Assembly (NCBI GenBank): GCA_951406725.2
Contig: OX597817.1
Span: 48,050,001 to 48,114,000 of the forward strand
Origin: Octopus vulgaris
Taxonomy: Eukaryota
Length of the DNA: 64,000 nt
Direction: 5' to 3'
In this document: piece by piece, positions 38,893 to 53,300 of the stretch
How positions within the stretch are numbered: position 1 is the stretch's first letter
How the letters are laid out: each line of letters begins with the position of its first letter
Notes under the pieces: model-generated
What the model saw: only the letters and a program-made list of their open reading frames with translations
Database searches by the model: none
Told to the model about the DNA's origin: nothing
Translations under genes and position numbers: made by a program

Positions 38893-39934
38893 ATAATTCC
38901 AGTTTTCTCTGTCATTTTTGATTATTTTGTTATTTTTTTCAATCGTTCTGATCATTTTGGCCGCCATGGGTTTTGCAATAAATCATTAAATCATCCATAA
39001 CTTTTGTATTATCCTCTCAAATTACACCAAAATCTCAGTCAATAACAATTAATATTGTATTTATTGTTTGTAAAAATTATAGAATATAAAACAACTTTGA
39101 TAAAAACTTATACCTACTTTTCTGACGAAAACAATGCCGTTCTGAACATTTTGGCCGCAACTGTACATAGATGTCCCTTGCATTTGAAAACTATGAAAAT
39201 ATTTAAAAAACATTTCATTTAATTTTTTCACAATTTAATTGCCTTTCATGCTTTACTCTAAGTTGAAAAAGTCTTGAAGATTGAAACCGGTACCAAAATG
39301 TTCTTCACGATAAAATCATTTTAACATTTTCTACCTTGTTTTATTTTTCTGATATATATATATATATATATAAATACATATCTTTTCTTTTTTCTTTCAC
39401 TTGACTGCGGCCACGCTGGGTCACAACCGTGAAGGACTTATATTTTTGAAACCTAGTATTGTATTCTGTCACTATCTTTTGCCGAACCACTAAGTTACGG
39501 AGACATAGACACAGAACACCGGTTGTCAAGCAGTGATGGTGGATAAATACAGAATAAACACACACGCACACACACACACACACATAACAGGATTCTTTCA
39601 GTTTCCGTCACCCAAATCAATTCACAAGACTTTGGTCGGCGCAATGTTGTAGCAGAAGACACTTATAAACACGCAGAAACACCCACATCCACACCAACCC
39701 CCCCAGATATATGTATATAGTTATATTTATTTCTTTATAGGGGGACAAACAAAGGATTTAAGTCGATTAAACCAACCCCAGTACGTAACTGGTACTTATT
39801 TAATCGACCCCGAAAGGACGAAAGGCAAAGTCGATCTCGGCGGAATTTGAACTCAGAACGTAGCAGCAGGCGAAATACCGCTAAGCATTTCACCCGGCGT
39901 GCTGACGTTTCTGCCAGCTCAGCGCCTTATGTAT

Positions 39935-40232
39935 ATATTAGAGAGTACACAAAGCACCAGCTCGCTAGAAAGTGGAAGTAAAACCCTCCAAGTTAACCAC
40001 CAATCTCACTGAAAATATGCAACGGACCAACAGAAATCGAGCAAGTGAGAGGAATTAAAAATACTATTTCAACTAAAAAGCCGTAGAATGAGGTAACAGA
40101 CGGCATTTTAGCTGAGATAATATGTTAAATGCCGCTCTTTTGCCCGATTTCTGTTGCTTCGTTGCATATTTTCAGTGAGATTGGTCGTAAAGTTGGAAGT
40201 TTTTACTGGTACTTCGTATACCCTCTAATATA
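39935..40232. mobile_element. Fold-back / MITE-like element
   Basis: accaatctcactgaaaatatgcaacg mirrored by cgttgcatattttcagtgagattggt; tattagag..ctctaata ends. Confidence 0.65.
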
Positions 40233-40374
40233 TTTATGTATTGATTGTATAGTTGTTTAAAACGAATACCGTATGCTGCTACTAATGTTATTATTGTTGT
40301 TATCAATTAATTAAATTTGCTGCATATTAAAATAACAACAACAACAACAACAATAATAATAATAATAATAATAA

Positions 40375-40947
40375 AATGCCCTGATGCAGTACCAGGCAGT
40401 GGCTCTCATGGCTTCTGATCTTAACTGATTGGAAGTGTTATCATGTACATTGTTTTGTCTTGGTATAAAAGATGGGCTACAGCAAATATTCTGCTCAATA
40501 CCACAGATTTGCTTGTCAGTTGTTTGACCTTAACCAGTTGAGCATGTCCCCTAGTGGCTGACGATATGTGCATCTCTGATCACGAGCAGAAGTAGTGGGG
40601 GAGCATCATAGCCATGTGTTGAGAGGGATGCTTTGGGGTTTGAATAGTTCACCTCTGGAAACATGGGTGGTTCTTTCAACATCCTTAAACAACCCTTATT
40701 CGGGGACCGTTTGAGCGGGATGGGCTACTCAACCTGAAGAAAATTCAAACTGGGCCCCACCTGCAAGGTCATGTGCTGTTTATCTTGATATGAGATCACC
40801 ATGTCGCGCACATATGGTTGTGATGCATGTGCCTGGTGTACCTTTATCAGACGGGTAGTCATGATGGGTATATTGGGCTTCGTATATTTTACCCCAGTGT
40901 CACTTTGATGGCATGAACTGCTCTCTCACTCAATAATAATAATAATA

Positions 40948-40984
<37 letters not shown>

Positions 40985-41560
40985 CGACGACGATGATGAT
41001 GATAATAATGCAGTACCCGACAGTGGCTCTCATGGCTTCTGATTTTAACTGATTGGAAGTGTTATCATGTACATTGTTTTGTCTTGGAATAAAAGATGGG
41101 CTACAGCAAATATTCTGCTCAATACCACAGATTTGCTTGTCAGTTGTTAGACCTTAACCAGTTGACCATGTCCCTTAGTGGCTGACGATATGTGCATCTC
41201 TGACCACGCGCAGAAGTAGTGGGGGAGCATCATAGCCATGTGTTGAGAGGGATTCTTTGGGGAATGACAAATTCACCTCTGGAAACAAGGGTGGTTCGTT
41301 CAACATCCTTAAACAATCCTTATTCAGGGATCTTTTGGGTGGGATTGGCTACCCGACCAGAAAAAAATTCTAACTGGCCCCCACCTGCGAGGTCATGCGC
41401 TGTTTATCTTGATATGAGATCACCATGTCGCGCACATATGGTTGTGATGCATGTGCCTGGTGTACCCTTATCAGCCAGGCAGTCATGATGGTTATACTGG
41501 ACTTCGTATATTTTACCCCAGTGTCACTTTGATGGCATGCACTGCTCTCTCACTCAATAA
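40375..41560. repeat. Two diverged ~555-bp non-coding elements in tandem within (AAT)n/(GAT)n
   Basis: 40385-40935 and 41008-41560 align end to end (atgcagtacc...ctctctcactcaataat). Confidence 0.85.
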
Positions 41561-41842
41561 TTGTTTTTCTCTCTGTCTTTCTTCCCCCTTTTTTCTATCA
41601 CATGACTTTGTAAGTGAACAATCTGGTGTGATTATTTTAATGGCCTACAAATGTATACAGTGCGTGTCTCTGCCATAGGTGTCAGGAAGGTACTCGGCAA
41701 GAAAAGGAAATAGAATTGAAAGAAGATGATAATGAGAGTGAACAACAACAACAACAACAACAACAACAACTACAACAACAACAACTACAACAACAACACC
41801 ACCACCACCACCAAAAACAAAAACAGCAGCAGCAGCAGCAGC

Positions 41843-41876
<34 letters not shown>

Positions 41877-42404
41877 ATAATAATTAACGGAACCAAGCAA
41901 AAGAACGGCGGACGGATAATCATAAATACTATAAAATAGTTGATTTAGAAGTTACACACATACGCACACTACTATGCAACACCCCTTCAAAAACATACAA
42001 GCATAAACTCATTCTGTAAATATCCAACAAAATGAACAAAACCCAAAACATATGCCATAGAGGGCCGATACCTTACAGAAGAACACAACTTGCGCTACAC
42101 AAACAATACACAAGATAAAACAAGAAATGACTCAAAGAAAACCCCATAACAAAACTTACTGATGCAATATGCGGATCACACCATCCTACTAGCACAAAGG
42201 TGCAACAAATGAGGTAATAGAAAGTCGCTTGAAACTTGAAACTTTCAGATGTCGAGAAATAATAATGGTGATGAAGATTGTGACGAACGTTACTTTACTT
42301 CAGGTTATGAGAAATAGGAGTTTCCGAAGAACACTGGTTGTAACAGCGAAAGTGAAGCTGGACCTTTAAAGCAAGGCCTTTCGGTCGACAGTGGATAAGT
42401 AAAG

Positions 42405-42941
42405 ATGCAGATTGATCACGGCTGTTATCCTAATAGAGTATCAGCAGATAATAGAATAAGAAGGAGGAAATGGACCAGCGAAGAAAACAGGATAATGATG
42501 CAGTGCTACTTAGAAAGTGGACCTAAAAGAGGAGGCTATAGAAAACGGATGTTAATACTTTGGGTAGAGAAGGGTATGTTTAAAGTGACTGAGCAGAGAT
42601 TAGTTGATCAAGCTAATGCTATTAGAAGAGAGTGCACGACAGAATTGGAGGTAGAGGAGATCACAAGAGAACTGGAAAAGAAAGACCAGGCAATGGGAAA
42701 GACAAACAACATTAGAAATATATCTCAAACCAAAGAACCTCAGGAAAAAAAAAATAATAATAGAGCTACCGATAAGGGAAGGACAACTGGCACCAACGAC
42801 TTAAGTGATTTGAGTGAGGAAGATCAAAAGATTTTAGATGAGTTGCAGGAAGTAATGAGTAAAGAAGTAAGAAAAAGATTGCCAGCATTAAAAAATGTCA
42901 ACAGAAGGAAGTTGCTAGAAATGACAAAGAAATTAGGTTAG
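42405..42941 (+). mobile_element. R4/Dong-like LINE N-terminal fragment
   Basis: RRKWTSEENRIMMQCYLES..GYRKRM..W..EQRLVDQANAI motif. Confidence 0.75.
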
Positions 42942-43743
42942 ACGAATAAATCAATTAATTTTTGGGGTTGAGTCAGTTGAAATAAAAAGAAGCGAGAGAG
43001 TTGATGAGTCATCTTCGCATTTATTCTTGGTGAAGGAATTAAAAATTTTAATCTTGGATTTAGCTAAAATAGTATGTGAACCATGTATTCCCATGCGTTT
43101 CGAGAACACAGCCTGTAACACTTGGCCGTCAACACGTATGTTGATTCTGTTGTAGAACCTTTGTAGTATCTTAATTTAAAGTAATATTTTGGCTGCAATC
43201 GTTATCGAGCTGCATGTTGTAAATTATGATACAAAATATTTTATACTCACCAATTGGCAACGACTGAGAAAATGCGCTGAGAAGCACCAGAAAAAAGTGA
43301 ATGTTGTGTTCCATCATTCTCATCGAAGACTTCTTCAAATCAGACGGATACGAGCGTACGTGCTGAAGAAAAAAAGCAAGTAAATTAATCTATTTTATAT
43401 AGTTTGAGAACGTATATATACGTTATGAAAACAATGCGTATATATACGCATTGGATGTGATTATTTCTTACAAGTTTTAAGAGCTTTTATCTGTTAGACA
43501 TTATTTGTTAGATGTCTTGTATTAGTTACGCAAGAATCGGTTATATCCGGGATAGCATGAATGCTTAAGTTATTTACATAATTCAACAGCTCACAATATG
43601 TATTTGCTTATTAGCAGAATGGCAGAGGATATGAGATGGGGATGGGGATAATTTCTTATCTTAATGTTTGCTAAATAAAATTAACACTACAACAGCCGTG
43701 ACTGCGAATGCTATTTCTGTTTTCTAAAACCCTACCCCAAAAG

Positions 43744-43968
43744 ATATTGGATCTTTACCTTTTGACCAACAAATTTAAAAAATAATTTTTTGTAACTAAA
43801 CACTTTCAAACTTCGGACACTGGTAGACCGTGTCAGATAAAACATCTTTTAGTGTTAGCATTTTTGAGAAAAACTTATATTCACGAAGTTATTTTACGTT
43901 AACCAATCAATGACGTGTATTCAGCTGAATAAAATTACTGTAGGTCAAAAGGTAAAGATTCAAGATAT
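43744..43968. mobile_element. MITE
   Basis: atctttaccttttgacc / ggtcaaaaggtaaagat inverted ends. Confidence 0.7.
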
Positions 43969-44029
43969 TTAATACATTCGTCTAATAACTTCCTGGGCGC
44001 CAACCATCTGAAATATTGTCATATACCCA

Positions 44030-44640
44030 CCACTTTCTGCCTGTCTGCCAACGTGGTCAGCACAGGTTACACGTTAACAATCACTAGAAAACTGGTAGCG
44101 GGCAAGAGAAAGATCTGGTCGTTAAAGGAAATGCACCGTTCAGTCTATTTCGGAGGTATTTTTGGCCGGGGAAATGGATAACTTCCATAAACCCTTGACC
44201 AGGTAGTGAAACCGAATGACATTAAAGGTTAGAAATAAATTCTATAGACACGAAAGGGCTGTCAGTCAAACCGGTTCGAGATGCGCGGGAAGCGATGAAA
44301 CCGTTCTGCACCTACAGCTCGCAAGGTGTTTTCGCGTGAAGAACGGATCTATTAATCGAGTCCAACATATAGATTACCCAATCATCTTTCTGTAACCTTG
44401 AAAGCCAGGTTGTTTCTCTTACTTTGGTGGCTGTGACAAAAGAGGTTGTATGGTAGACAAAGCTGTATAATGGACAAATGGCTGAAGATTGTCATTTTCC
44501 ACTCCAGTCAAACACTCATTGACAAGTTCAACTTTGAAAGGATGATACAGGTGCAGAGAGAACCACTCTCTCTGAGAAACTTGTTAAAAGGTGGGTGGTA
44601 GTAGAGAAAGCAAAAGTCACCTGAGCGAATGAGTCTACTG
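44030..44640 (+). mobile_element. Decayed Tx1/L1-like LINE fragment (a further piece at ~45262-45410)
   Basis: MDNFHKPL..VRNKFYRHE..RCAGSDETVLH; second piece RCIQGDETVRHAVSQCP. Confidence 0.68.
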
Positions 44641-45657
44641 TCAACATGCACCTATAGGTCTGAGAAGAAACGCTGGGAAAGAGCTTTTTTCTTTGTTGTC
44701 AGGCTGATCTTGGATCTGCGGAGTTCTCTGACTTGTCCTAGCCAGAGATCCTTTTGTAAGAGGAGAGCTGTGTTATCACTTATTTATATATTATACAGTG
44801 TTTTACTCCATTCGATTTCTGTGTAAACTTTATATAACTTATTCATTTGACGCCTTTATGCTGCCAACATCCACTCAGTCGTGGTCTCTGGATTACTGTC
44901 GCTGATTATGCGCCGGATAGCACTGAGAATTATGGATACGAAGAAATATCCTGAATACTGCGACAGTGACGCCGGTAACATAAAACAAGGGCGCACAATC
45001 ATTGATCAAGTGTAGATCAACGTTTGGCGTGTTGTAGCTCGAACGGTGTCTGGCATTCACAAGTATTGTATCAGCCGGACAACTCTCGTATTCTACAAAA
45101 AGTTATTGGATGGTATGAGTGATGATTGCAAGAAATCGAATCTGGGCGCCGACTCAGATGTCCGAACAGTCTTATCTGGAGTACTTTCGAGTAAGTTATT
45201 ATGGAATGCTTTTGAAAGTCCTTGGTATTGGCAATGCTATATATAGTTGCATGGGACAATCTCTACAGACAAGATAGTACTAAAAGCCAAATCTGCTGAG
45301 ATGCATACAGGGTGACGAAACCGTCCGGCATGCCGTCTCTCAGTGCCCATGCATTACTAATTTGTGGGCTTGTATCGAATGACTGTCGTCGCGTGAAGAC
45401 GAACTCGAGTCTCTTTTTTTAGCTGAACTCTTTTATTCTTATATACTTTGCTTTTGTTGACCTCTTCTCTCTCTCTCTTTCTATTCCAAAGCCAGAACAA
45501 ACTTGGGACTCTGTGCTACCCAAAATATCTGAACACTCAAACTGGAGTATCGCAACCGGATGCAGTTCTTACCCGAAACAAACTCTCTTTTTACTAGATG
45601 TAAATCCCTCTACCGTTTGTTTGCATTTCATTATTGTGTTGTGGCCAATAAAAAGTA

Positions 45658-45737
<80 letters not shown>

Positions 45738-45767
45738 TATTATTATTATTATTATTACTATTATTAT

Positions 45768-47678
45768 TTTATGTTTGACTTTTGCTTTACATTTGTACAA
45801 GTTGGTTCCAAGTCTCACCCAGAGACCTCAAGAGACAACAAGCTGGAAGTTCATGCTGGTGTTATACCTAGGGTGCCATATATTTGGTTTTGCAGTGTTG
45901 ATCTAGAGAATGTTTAAGAAACCATAAGAAAATTATGTTTGTTTTAAAACTTGAGATTACATAGAGAGTATTTTGCGTAGGATATGAGCAGTTCCCATGA
46001 GCACTATCTTTTGAATTTCTGCCATTTTGGGGTTTCCTGGTATCTGAGTTAGGTAGCAATCAGCCCCTTTCGCTATCATTCCCAGGGCACCTATGACAAC
46101 AGGTATTGTTTTAGTCTTAAGGTTCCACATCTTGCTGATTTCTATTTCAAGATCTTTATATTTGCTCAGTTTTTTGTAGGTCTTGACAGATACGTTTATA
46201 TCGATTGGGACACTCATATCAATGAGGAGGCATGTTCTTTGTCTGAAGTCTTTCAATATGATGTCTGGCCTGTTTGCATCTATCTTTCTGTCAGTTTGAA
46301 TGGTGAAGTTCCAGAGGGGTGAGATGTGGTCATTTTCAAGCACTGGAGGTGGATTGTGTTCCCACCAGTTCTTTTCATGGGGCAAATCCAGGTTTTTGCA
46401 AATTACCCAGTGAATATATTGTGCAGCTCTGTCATGCCTGTTGAGGTACTCTGTAGGTGCTAGAAGACTGCACTTGGAGACAACATGATCAATGGTCTCA
46501 TTTTGTTGTCGACATCAACAACATGTTGGGCTACTGCCGTTCTTTAATATGTTGGCCTGGTAGTTTCTTATTGGTAGACATTGATCTTGAGCTGCTATGA
46601 TAAACCCTTCTGTTTCAGATTTTAGCCAGAGGCCATTAGCCATTGATGGGTCAGGGATTTGTCAATATCTGCATTATTCGCTCTCTTTGGGTATTTGCCA
46701 TAGAGAGGTTTTTCTTGCCATTTATTATTCAGAATATCTAAGGCCGCAGTTTTAGCTCGGGTTTTCATGCGCTTAGCTTTTTCTGTGCTTGTTTCTTGTA
46801 TGACTATCTCTAATTCCGAAATTTGTTGTATTCGGAATTCACATAGATATTCCTTTGCCTGTTTTGTTACTGAGTATGATGCTTTCTTGTTTTCATGTTT
46901 TGAGACAAGTTTTAACATCCAGTCCTCAGACTTTTTCAGGTAGGTGTCTAGGTCAATTGTAGCAATCTTCATTGTTATTGCCAGTTGTAAAAGACCACGG
47001 CCTCCCTCTTTTCTTGGCAGATAAAGTCGTTCTGTATCTGCCTTAGGGTGGTGTATTCTATGCATTGTCAACAGTTTTCGTATTTTTCTGTCAAGCTGAC
47101 ATATTTCAGTAATTGACCAGTTAACGATATTGAAACTGTAAGTCACGACTGGTATGGCTAATGCATTGATCGCTTCGATCCTGTTTCTTGCCTTCAGCTC
47201 TGTCTTGAGTATTGCTCTCACTCTTCGATAACATTCTCTCCTGACCCTTTCCTTCATCTCTGAATGCCTTATTCCGTCCCCTTCAATTACCCCTAGGTAC
47301 TTGTAGCTCTCCGCTGGGTCTAGTTCTTTTATGACATTCTGCTGGTCAATGTTAACGTTAGATGTTTCTGTCATTTTTCCTTTGATAAAGGTAGCTTTTG
47401 CACATTTATCGAGGCCAAATTGCATTCCGATGTCGTCACTGAATTGTTTGACTATCGCTAGTAAACCCTTGAGTTGTTGGTCATTTTTTGCAAAAAGCTT
47501 TAAATCGTCCATGTAAATGAGATGATTTATATTTTTATCAAACATTTTATACCCGTACTGCGCGTCATTGAGCAGTTTTGAGAGAGGTATTAAGGCTAAA
47601 CAAAATAGGAGTGGTGTCAGTGAGTCACCCTGGAAAATGCCACATGAAATTTTTACATCACCAGCATTTAGGAATTCA
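45768..47678 (-). mobile_element. 5'-truncated R4/Dong-like LINE (RT + CCHC + RLE) in (TAA)n
   Basis: GIFQGDSL, YMDDLKLF, YKYLG, GGRGL; one frameshift near 46622; then AQDQ, CC..HVVSKC, RHD, RPDIIL..D..K..KY. (TAA)n on both sides. Confidence 0.92.
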
Positions 47679-47681
47679 TTG

Positions 47682-47737
<56 letters not shown>

Positions 47738-48547
47738 ATTATTATTATTATTAATATTATTATTATTAATATTATTATTGTTGTTGTTGTTGTTGTTGTT
47801 ATTTCTCGTCTTGTCAAGACCGGTTTTACCTGCCACGCCTATATTTGAATTTTGCTTTTCGACAATTGGATGCTTTTGTGGGTGTTGTATTGCATAGAAA
47901 CAAGATAAGAAAAAGCGAGTAACTTAGTCTGGGTCTTGATCTACTTGCTTTTAACAAAACATGTTTACAAAGTAATGGCCCTCAAAGGAAAATATTGACA
48001 ACTGCATTGCAAGCAAAATAAGAAAGAACACGAACACGAATACTTTGCTGTCAAGACAGATACGATTTAACTGGGAGGAAATGAGGGGAATGAGAATGGT
48101 TGCTTGGTTAAGTTGTTTCCTACGCCACCAGGTGGATTGAGGTGCCGTCCTGTTGTGAGACATTTGGGGCAAGAGTCTCTTATTACGACCCGGTGTTGAC
48201 CAATGTCATAATAGGTGAAATTGGCTAACATAAGCTGGACGGAAGCCTGTCATAAGAATGAAATGGTGCTATTCACAGACTAGAATTTTCAAGATCTTCA
48301 TAATAAGATGGACGAAAAAAAAATGTGTATTCTACGCCGCTTTTCCCTTATGTTTTTATTTCAAACTCAAACTTCTAATCGTCCCGAATATTATGAAGAA
48401 ACCCCTTTGGTGTTATATATATATATATATAAATTTAAAAATAATAAGGGTGAAAAATTGAATATTAATTTGATTAATATCAATTTAAAACCAGTGGTCT
48501 AGCATATAGAAACATCTGAAGATTCAGAAAAAATATATTACATACCT

Positions 48548-48720
48548 ATAAGAGGGATGACAACTAAGTGGACATCCATTATGCTAGAAGTCGACTCCCT
48601 ATGGTCTTACCTTCTGGTGTTTGCTAAATTTTCTTGAGAACAGTCCTTTCTTCGTAGTAAGACCGTAGGGGATCGACTTCTAGCATAATGGATGTTCACT
48701 TAGTGGTCATACCTCTTATA
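48548..48720. repeat. Fold-back, ~62-bp arms
   Basis: catccattatgctagaagtcga mirrored by tcgacttctagcataatggatg. Confidence 0.8.
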
Positions 48721-49497
48721 TGTATATATATATATATATATACATATATATAATTATACAATGCATTTCAAATTATGAACAAAGTAACATTATTTATAAA
48801 CTACTCGTTGGGATTCAACGAAATTTTCACAGAATGATGGCAACAGGTATATGCGCATGGTGTCTAAAAACTCGAGGTTCTGTAAAACAACACAGAAAAT
48901 ACGACCATTTAGCAAATGTATGTAAACTTTCACTGTTTCAAATTATTAGCGAGGTGTAATTAAAACTTATGCAACAGGAAAACATCAATTTAATTCTTTG
49001 ATGTACATACTGAAATGAACACGTACAGTCATAAACATGGAAGAAAAAGAAATAAGCAAATAAACAGCATCCAAAAATGATATGTGAGTCGGTTAGTAAG
49101 GAATATATGAACGTTTGTTTGAAATAAGTTTTGAAAAGTCGACCTTCATTTTTGTTTTTAATGTCTTGTTCTCACTGTCCTGTTCTTGTTACCACTTTTA
49201 CCCTTTGCAAGAAATCTCAAATTTTAGTTAATTTGCTTTGCGGGAAGGATTGTTTCAACGAAGTCGCGTATTGTCCTTACTTTCGAAACGCGGAGTAGAT
49301 GAAACAGGGACAATTGATGACGGGGAATATTCTTTATGTTGCATGTCTCTTTTCTTTGTTTGTTTGTTTCGTTGTTCGAAAAAAAGTTCGTTTTCTATGT
49401 TTTTGTTTTTATGTTTTCGTTTCTCATTGTGTTCAAAGTTTTTTTGATGTCATGTATCTATAAAAGCATGTATATATACATATATTTACATATTACT

Positions 49498-49544
<47 letters not shown>

Positions 49545-50739
49545 GTATATATATATATATATATACACACTCACACACTCACACACACACACACACACAT
49601 ATATACACATATATGTATATATAAATAATATGTATGTATGCATATAGCTACCCACACCTATATAATGTGTGTCTGTGTGCGTGCGGGCCCGTGTGTATGT
49701 TTACGTGTCTGGCTCTGTGTCAGTTTTCATGTTGCTCTTGTGTATCATTTCTTTTCAGTTTGGCAGACAGAAAGAGGTTTAAACTATGTTCGGCATGATC
49801 AGCGAAAGTTTCTCAAGGTCGTACTCCAACATGACTGCTGTGCAATGACCGAAACAAGAAACTAAATGAACAATGGCAGCGTTGAGAATAAGTTTAGAAA
49901 CTTACTTAACAACAATAACAAGTCATAGCTTTGTAGAGAGGAGTGAACTTTTTTCTTTTCTTTCATGTACGATGTGTGGAAAGATAAAGTGTCCATGCAT
50001 AAAAGTAAGACATTATGTTGTTCCTTCCCGATTCTTAAGGCTGCCATAGAGGCTAAACTTCAAGCATAGATAACGCGATACATAACATATGTGCGGGTAG
50101 ATATTGTACTATCTTACTATCGCAATAACTCAATAAGACCAGGTGGTAATGCGGAGGTGGTGAGAGATTGATAATTAGTCGGGAATGGTTAACATGAATT
50201 TGCAAGTCCTGAAGGGTAAAGAGAACCATTTCAGAACTGTATATCGTTATAGGTGCAGCAACAAAAACCCAATGTTACACTTTCTGTTGTAAGATCCACT
50301 CGTGGGCCTTCTGCGCCGAAGAGCGAAAAAGTCAGAAAGAGAGCGGTAAAGAGGGGCAGAACCAAACACAACGATAGCAGATCCCTGAATCTGTTGTTTC
50401 TATAACCATCGCTAGTTGAAGCTGAAGAAATGGTGAAGGATATGGCTCAGTTCTTGATTTTATAAGTGAGGGATGCTGAAGCACTCACTTCTATTGTGGT
50501 GGTGGTGGTGGGGAGAGGAGGGCAGGTGAAGGTTGGGGCGATGCAGAAACAAAGGAAAAAAACCCCAAGGGAAAGAAAATAAAAACCTCGGTGGTTTATA
50601 AGCGCGGGCGTGGGTTTGTGTTACGAAGTTTGATTCCCAAACATATGGTTCCGAGTTCAGTCCTACTCTGTGGCACTACAGACTCGGACGAACGAAGCCT
50701 TGTGAGCGGATTTCGTAGACGGAAACTGAAAGAAGCCAT

Positions 50740-51102
<363 letters not shown>

Positions 51103-51145
51103 ATCTTTAGAGTGTTTTGGAAATTCCTTGATACAGTTATATTAT

Positions 51146-51358
51146 TTGGAGAGAAGATTTTTTTTTATCAAAGATTTAAGATTGAGAAAAGAACCTTTTT
51201 AGAAAGACGAAAGACACTAACCTTTGGGAAGGGGTTTCACAAAACGTGTGTAGGCTTTGCTTTTGTGAAATATCTTCCCAAAGGTTAGTGTCTTTCGACT
51301 TTCTAAAAAGGTTCTGTTCTCAATCTTAACTCCTTGATAAAAAAATCTTCTCTCCAAA
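51146..51358. repeat. Fold-back, ~100-bp arms
   Basis: gaaagacactaacctttgggaag mirrored by cttcccaaaggttagtgtctttc. Confidence 0.85.
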
Positions 51359-51640
51359 TATATATATAAAACCAAGAAAGGGAACTGATTTTAATGGTCA
51401 GTGTTTATATTCACTCAATTTATTTCAAAGCTTTGGAATACTCCACAATATACATAGGTCTTGTATGAGCAGGTATATGTTAAATAAAAATGCGTCAACA
51501 AAGCCAAGGCAGTATGGAATTTTCAGGACATTTCTCTTTATAAAAGTCCTGAAAAGTCCACACAAACTTGGCTTTGTTGTCTCATTTTATCTAATACACA
51601 CACACACACACACACACACATACACACACACACACACACG

Positions 51641-51692
<52 letters not shown>

Positions 51693-51989
51693 TTATGGCT
51701 GTGTATTAAGTACTAGGCTTACAAAGAATAAGTCCTGGGATCGATTTGCTCGACTAAAGGCGGTGCTCCAGCATGGCCGCAGCCAAATGACTGAAACAAG
51801 TAAAAGAGAGATATAAAAATACATAAATGTACTTGCGACACACACACACGCACATATATATCTCAGAACTTATTTTATTTTTGCTAAGCCCTGTACCTAT
51901 TCTATCTAATCGCTAATTTACGGAGACGTGAACAAACCAGCATCGGTTGTCAAGCTGTGATGGAACACAAACACAAAGACACATACACA

Positions 51990-52069
<80 letters not shown>

Positions 52070-52510
52070 CACACTCGACGGGCTTCTAGATTTTGGGTAT
52101 CAAATCTACTCAGAATCTGAAGAGATTTGGTCGAGAAGTGGACTAAACCTTGAACAATGTCATTTGTAAACAAACTTAGTACACAGCCATAACTCTGTGT
52201 GTGTGTGTGTATTAGATAAAATAAGACAACAAAGCCAAAGTTGTGTGGACTTTTCAGGACATTTATAAAGAGAAATGTCCTGAAAATTCCATACAGCCTT
52301 GGCTTTGTTGACGCATTTTTATTTAACGTATACCTGCTCATACAAGACCCGCTTTAGACTCCTCACTCGTATTATTATCGAACCGAAAGTTTAACTACGG
52401 TCCTTCCATAGCACTTACGTAACGTTATCTGTCACCTTCGGTCTTCTGGATATCAATACCTTTCATAACTTATACACACATACACACATTTATGTATGTA
52501 TATATATATA

Positions 52511-53103
52511 TGAACAACTTATAAATAAGGGCAAACGAAAAAATATTTCTAATGCCAAATATGCCGAAATTAGACACATAGTCCATAACCATATAATTAT
52601 ATGGTTATGGACTATGTGTCTAATTTCGGCATATTGGCATTAGAAAATATTTTTCGTTTGCCCTTCTTTTACTCTTTTACTCTTTTACTTGTTTCAGTCA
52701 TTTGACTGTAGCCATGCTGGAGCACCGCCTTTAGTCGAGCAAATCGACCCCAGACTTATTCTTTGTAAGCCTAGTACTTATTTTGTCGGTCTCTTTTGCC
52801 GAACCTCTAAGTTACGGGGACGTAAACACACCAGCATCGGTTGTCAAGCGATGTTGGGGGGACAAATACAGACACACAAACATATACACACACATGCATA
52901 TATATATATACATATACATATATACGACGGGCTTCTTTCAGTTTCCATCTACCAAATCCACTCACAAGGCTTTGGTCAGCCCGAGGCTATAGTAGAAGAC
53001 ACTTGCCCAAGGTGCCGCGTAGCAGGACTGAACCCAGAACCATGTGGTTGGTAAGCAAGCTACTTACCACGCAGCCACTCCTACTTATTTATAAGTTGTT
53101 TAT
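52511..53103. repeat. Near-perfect palindrome whose right arm is interrupted by SINE A (52666-53082)
   Basis: Centre accatataattatatggt at ~52597; the outer arm aacaacttataaataag resumes as cttatttataagttgtt after the SINE. Confidence 0.85.
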
Positions 53104-53251
53104 AAATTTAACCGTTAAAGGTACTTTTTGATATGCTGGCCATTAATAAAATTTTTTTTTCGAAAAAATTTTATCCTACATTAAATATATACATAAATAG
53201 AAATATTAATATTTCTAAGTCTCTCTGAAGGAGACTACGATAGCAGTACTA

Positions 53252-53300
<49 letters not shown>

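Larger units (their letters stand above)
37141..39163 (+). mobile_element. Full-length Tc1 transposon with long IR/DR-type TIRs
   Basis: TA-cagttgcggccaaaatgttcagaacgg ... ccgttctgaacattttggccgcaactg-TA. ~220-bp TIRs with an inner repeat ggccaaaatgatcagaacg. Confidence 0.95.

Noticed and set aside
39122-39131. ctgacgaaa in the Tc1 TIR
   Set aside because: No stem II between the motifs; part of the TIR.
39255-39300. HHR-like gaaac-cg-gta after a short hairpin (related copy at ~54857-54895)
   Set aside because: The CUGANGA box is not recognisable in either copy.
40555-40600. CTGACGA in the 555-bp elements (also ~41182)
   Set aside because: No stem II followed by GAAA and no stem I partner.
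41682-41923. Poly-Cys / poly-Val ORFs
   Set aside because: (CAA)n/(CAG)n/(CAC)n trinucleotide tract.
44830-45260. Possible PLE N-terminal coding remnant on minus
   Set aside because: Only vague resemblance, with several frameshifts; not supportable by eye.
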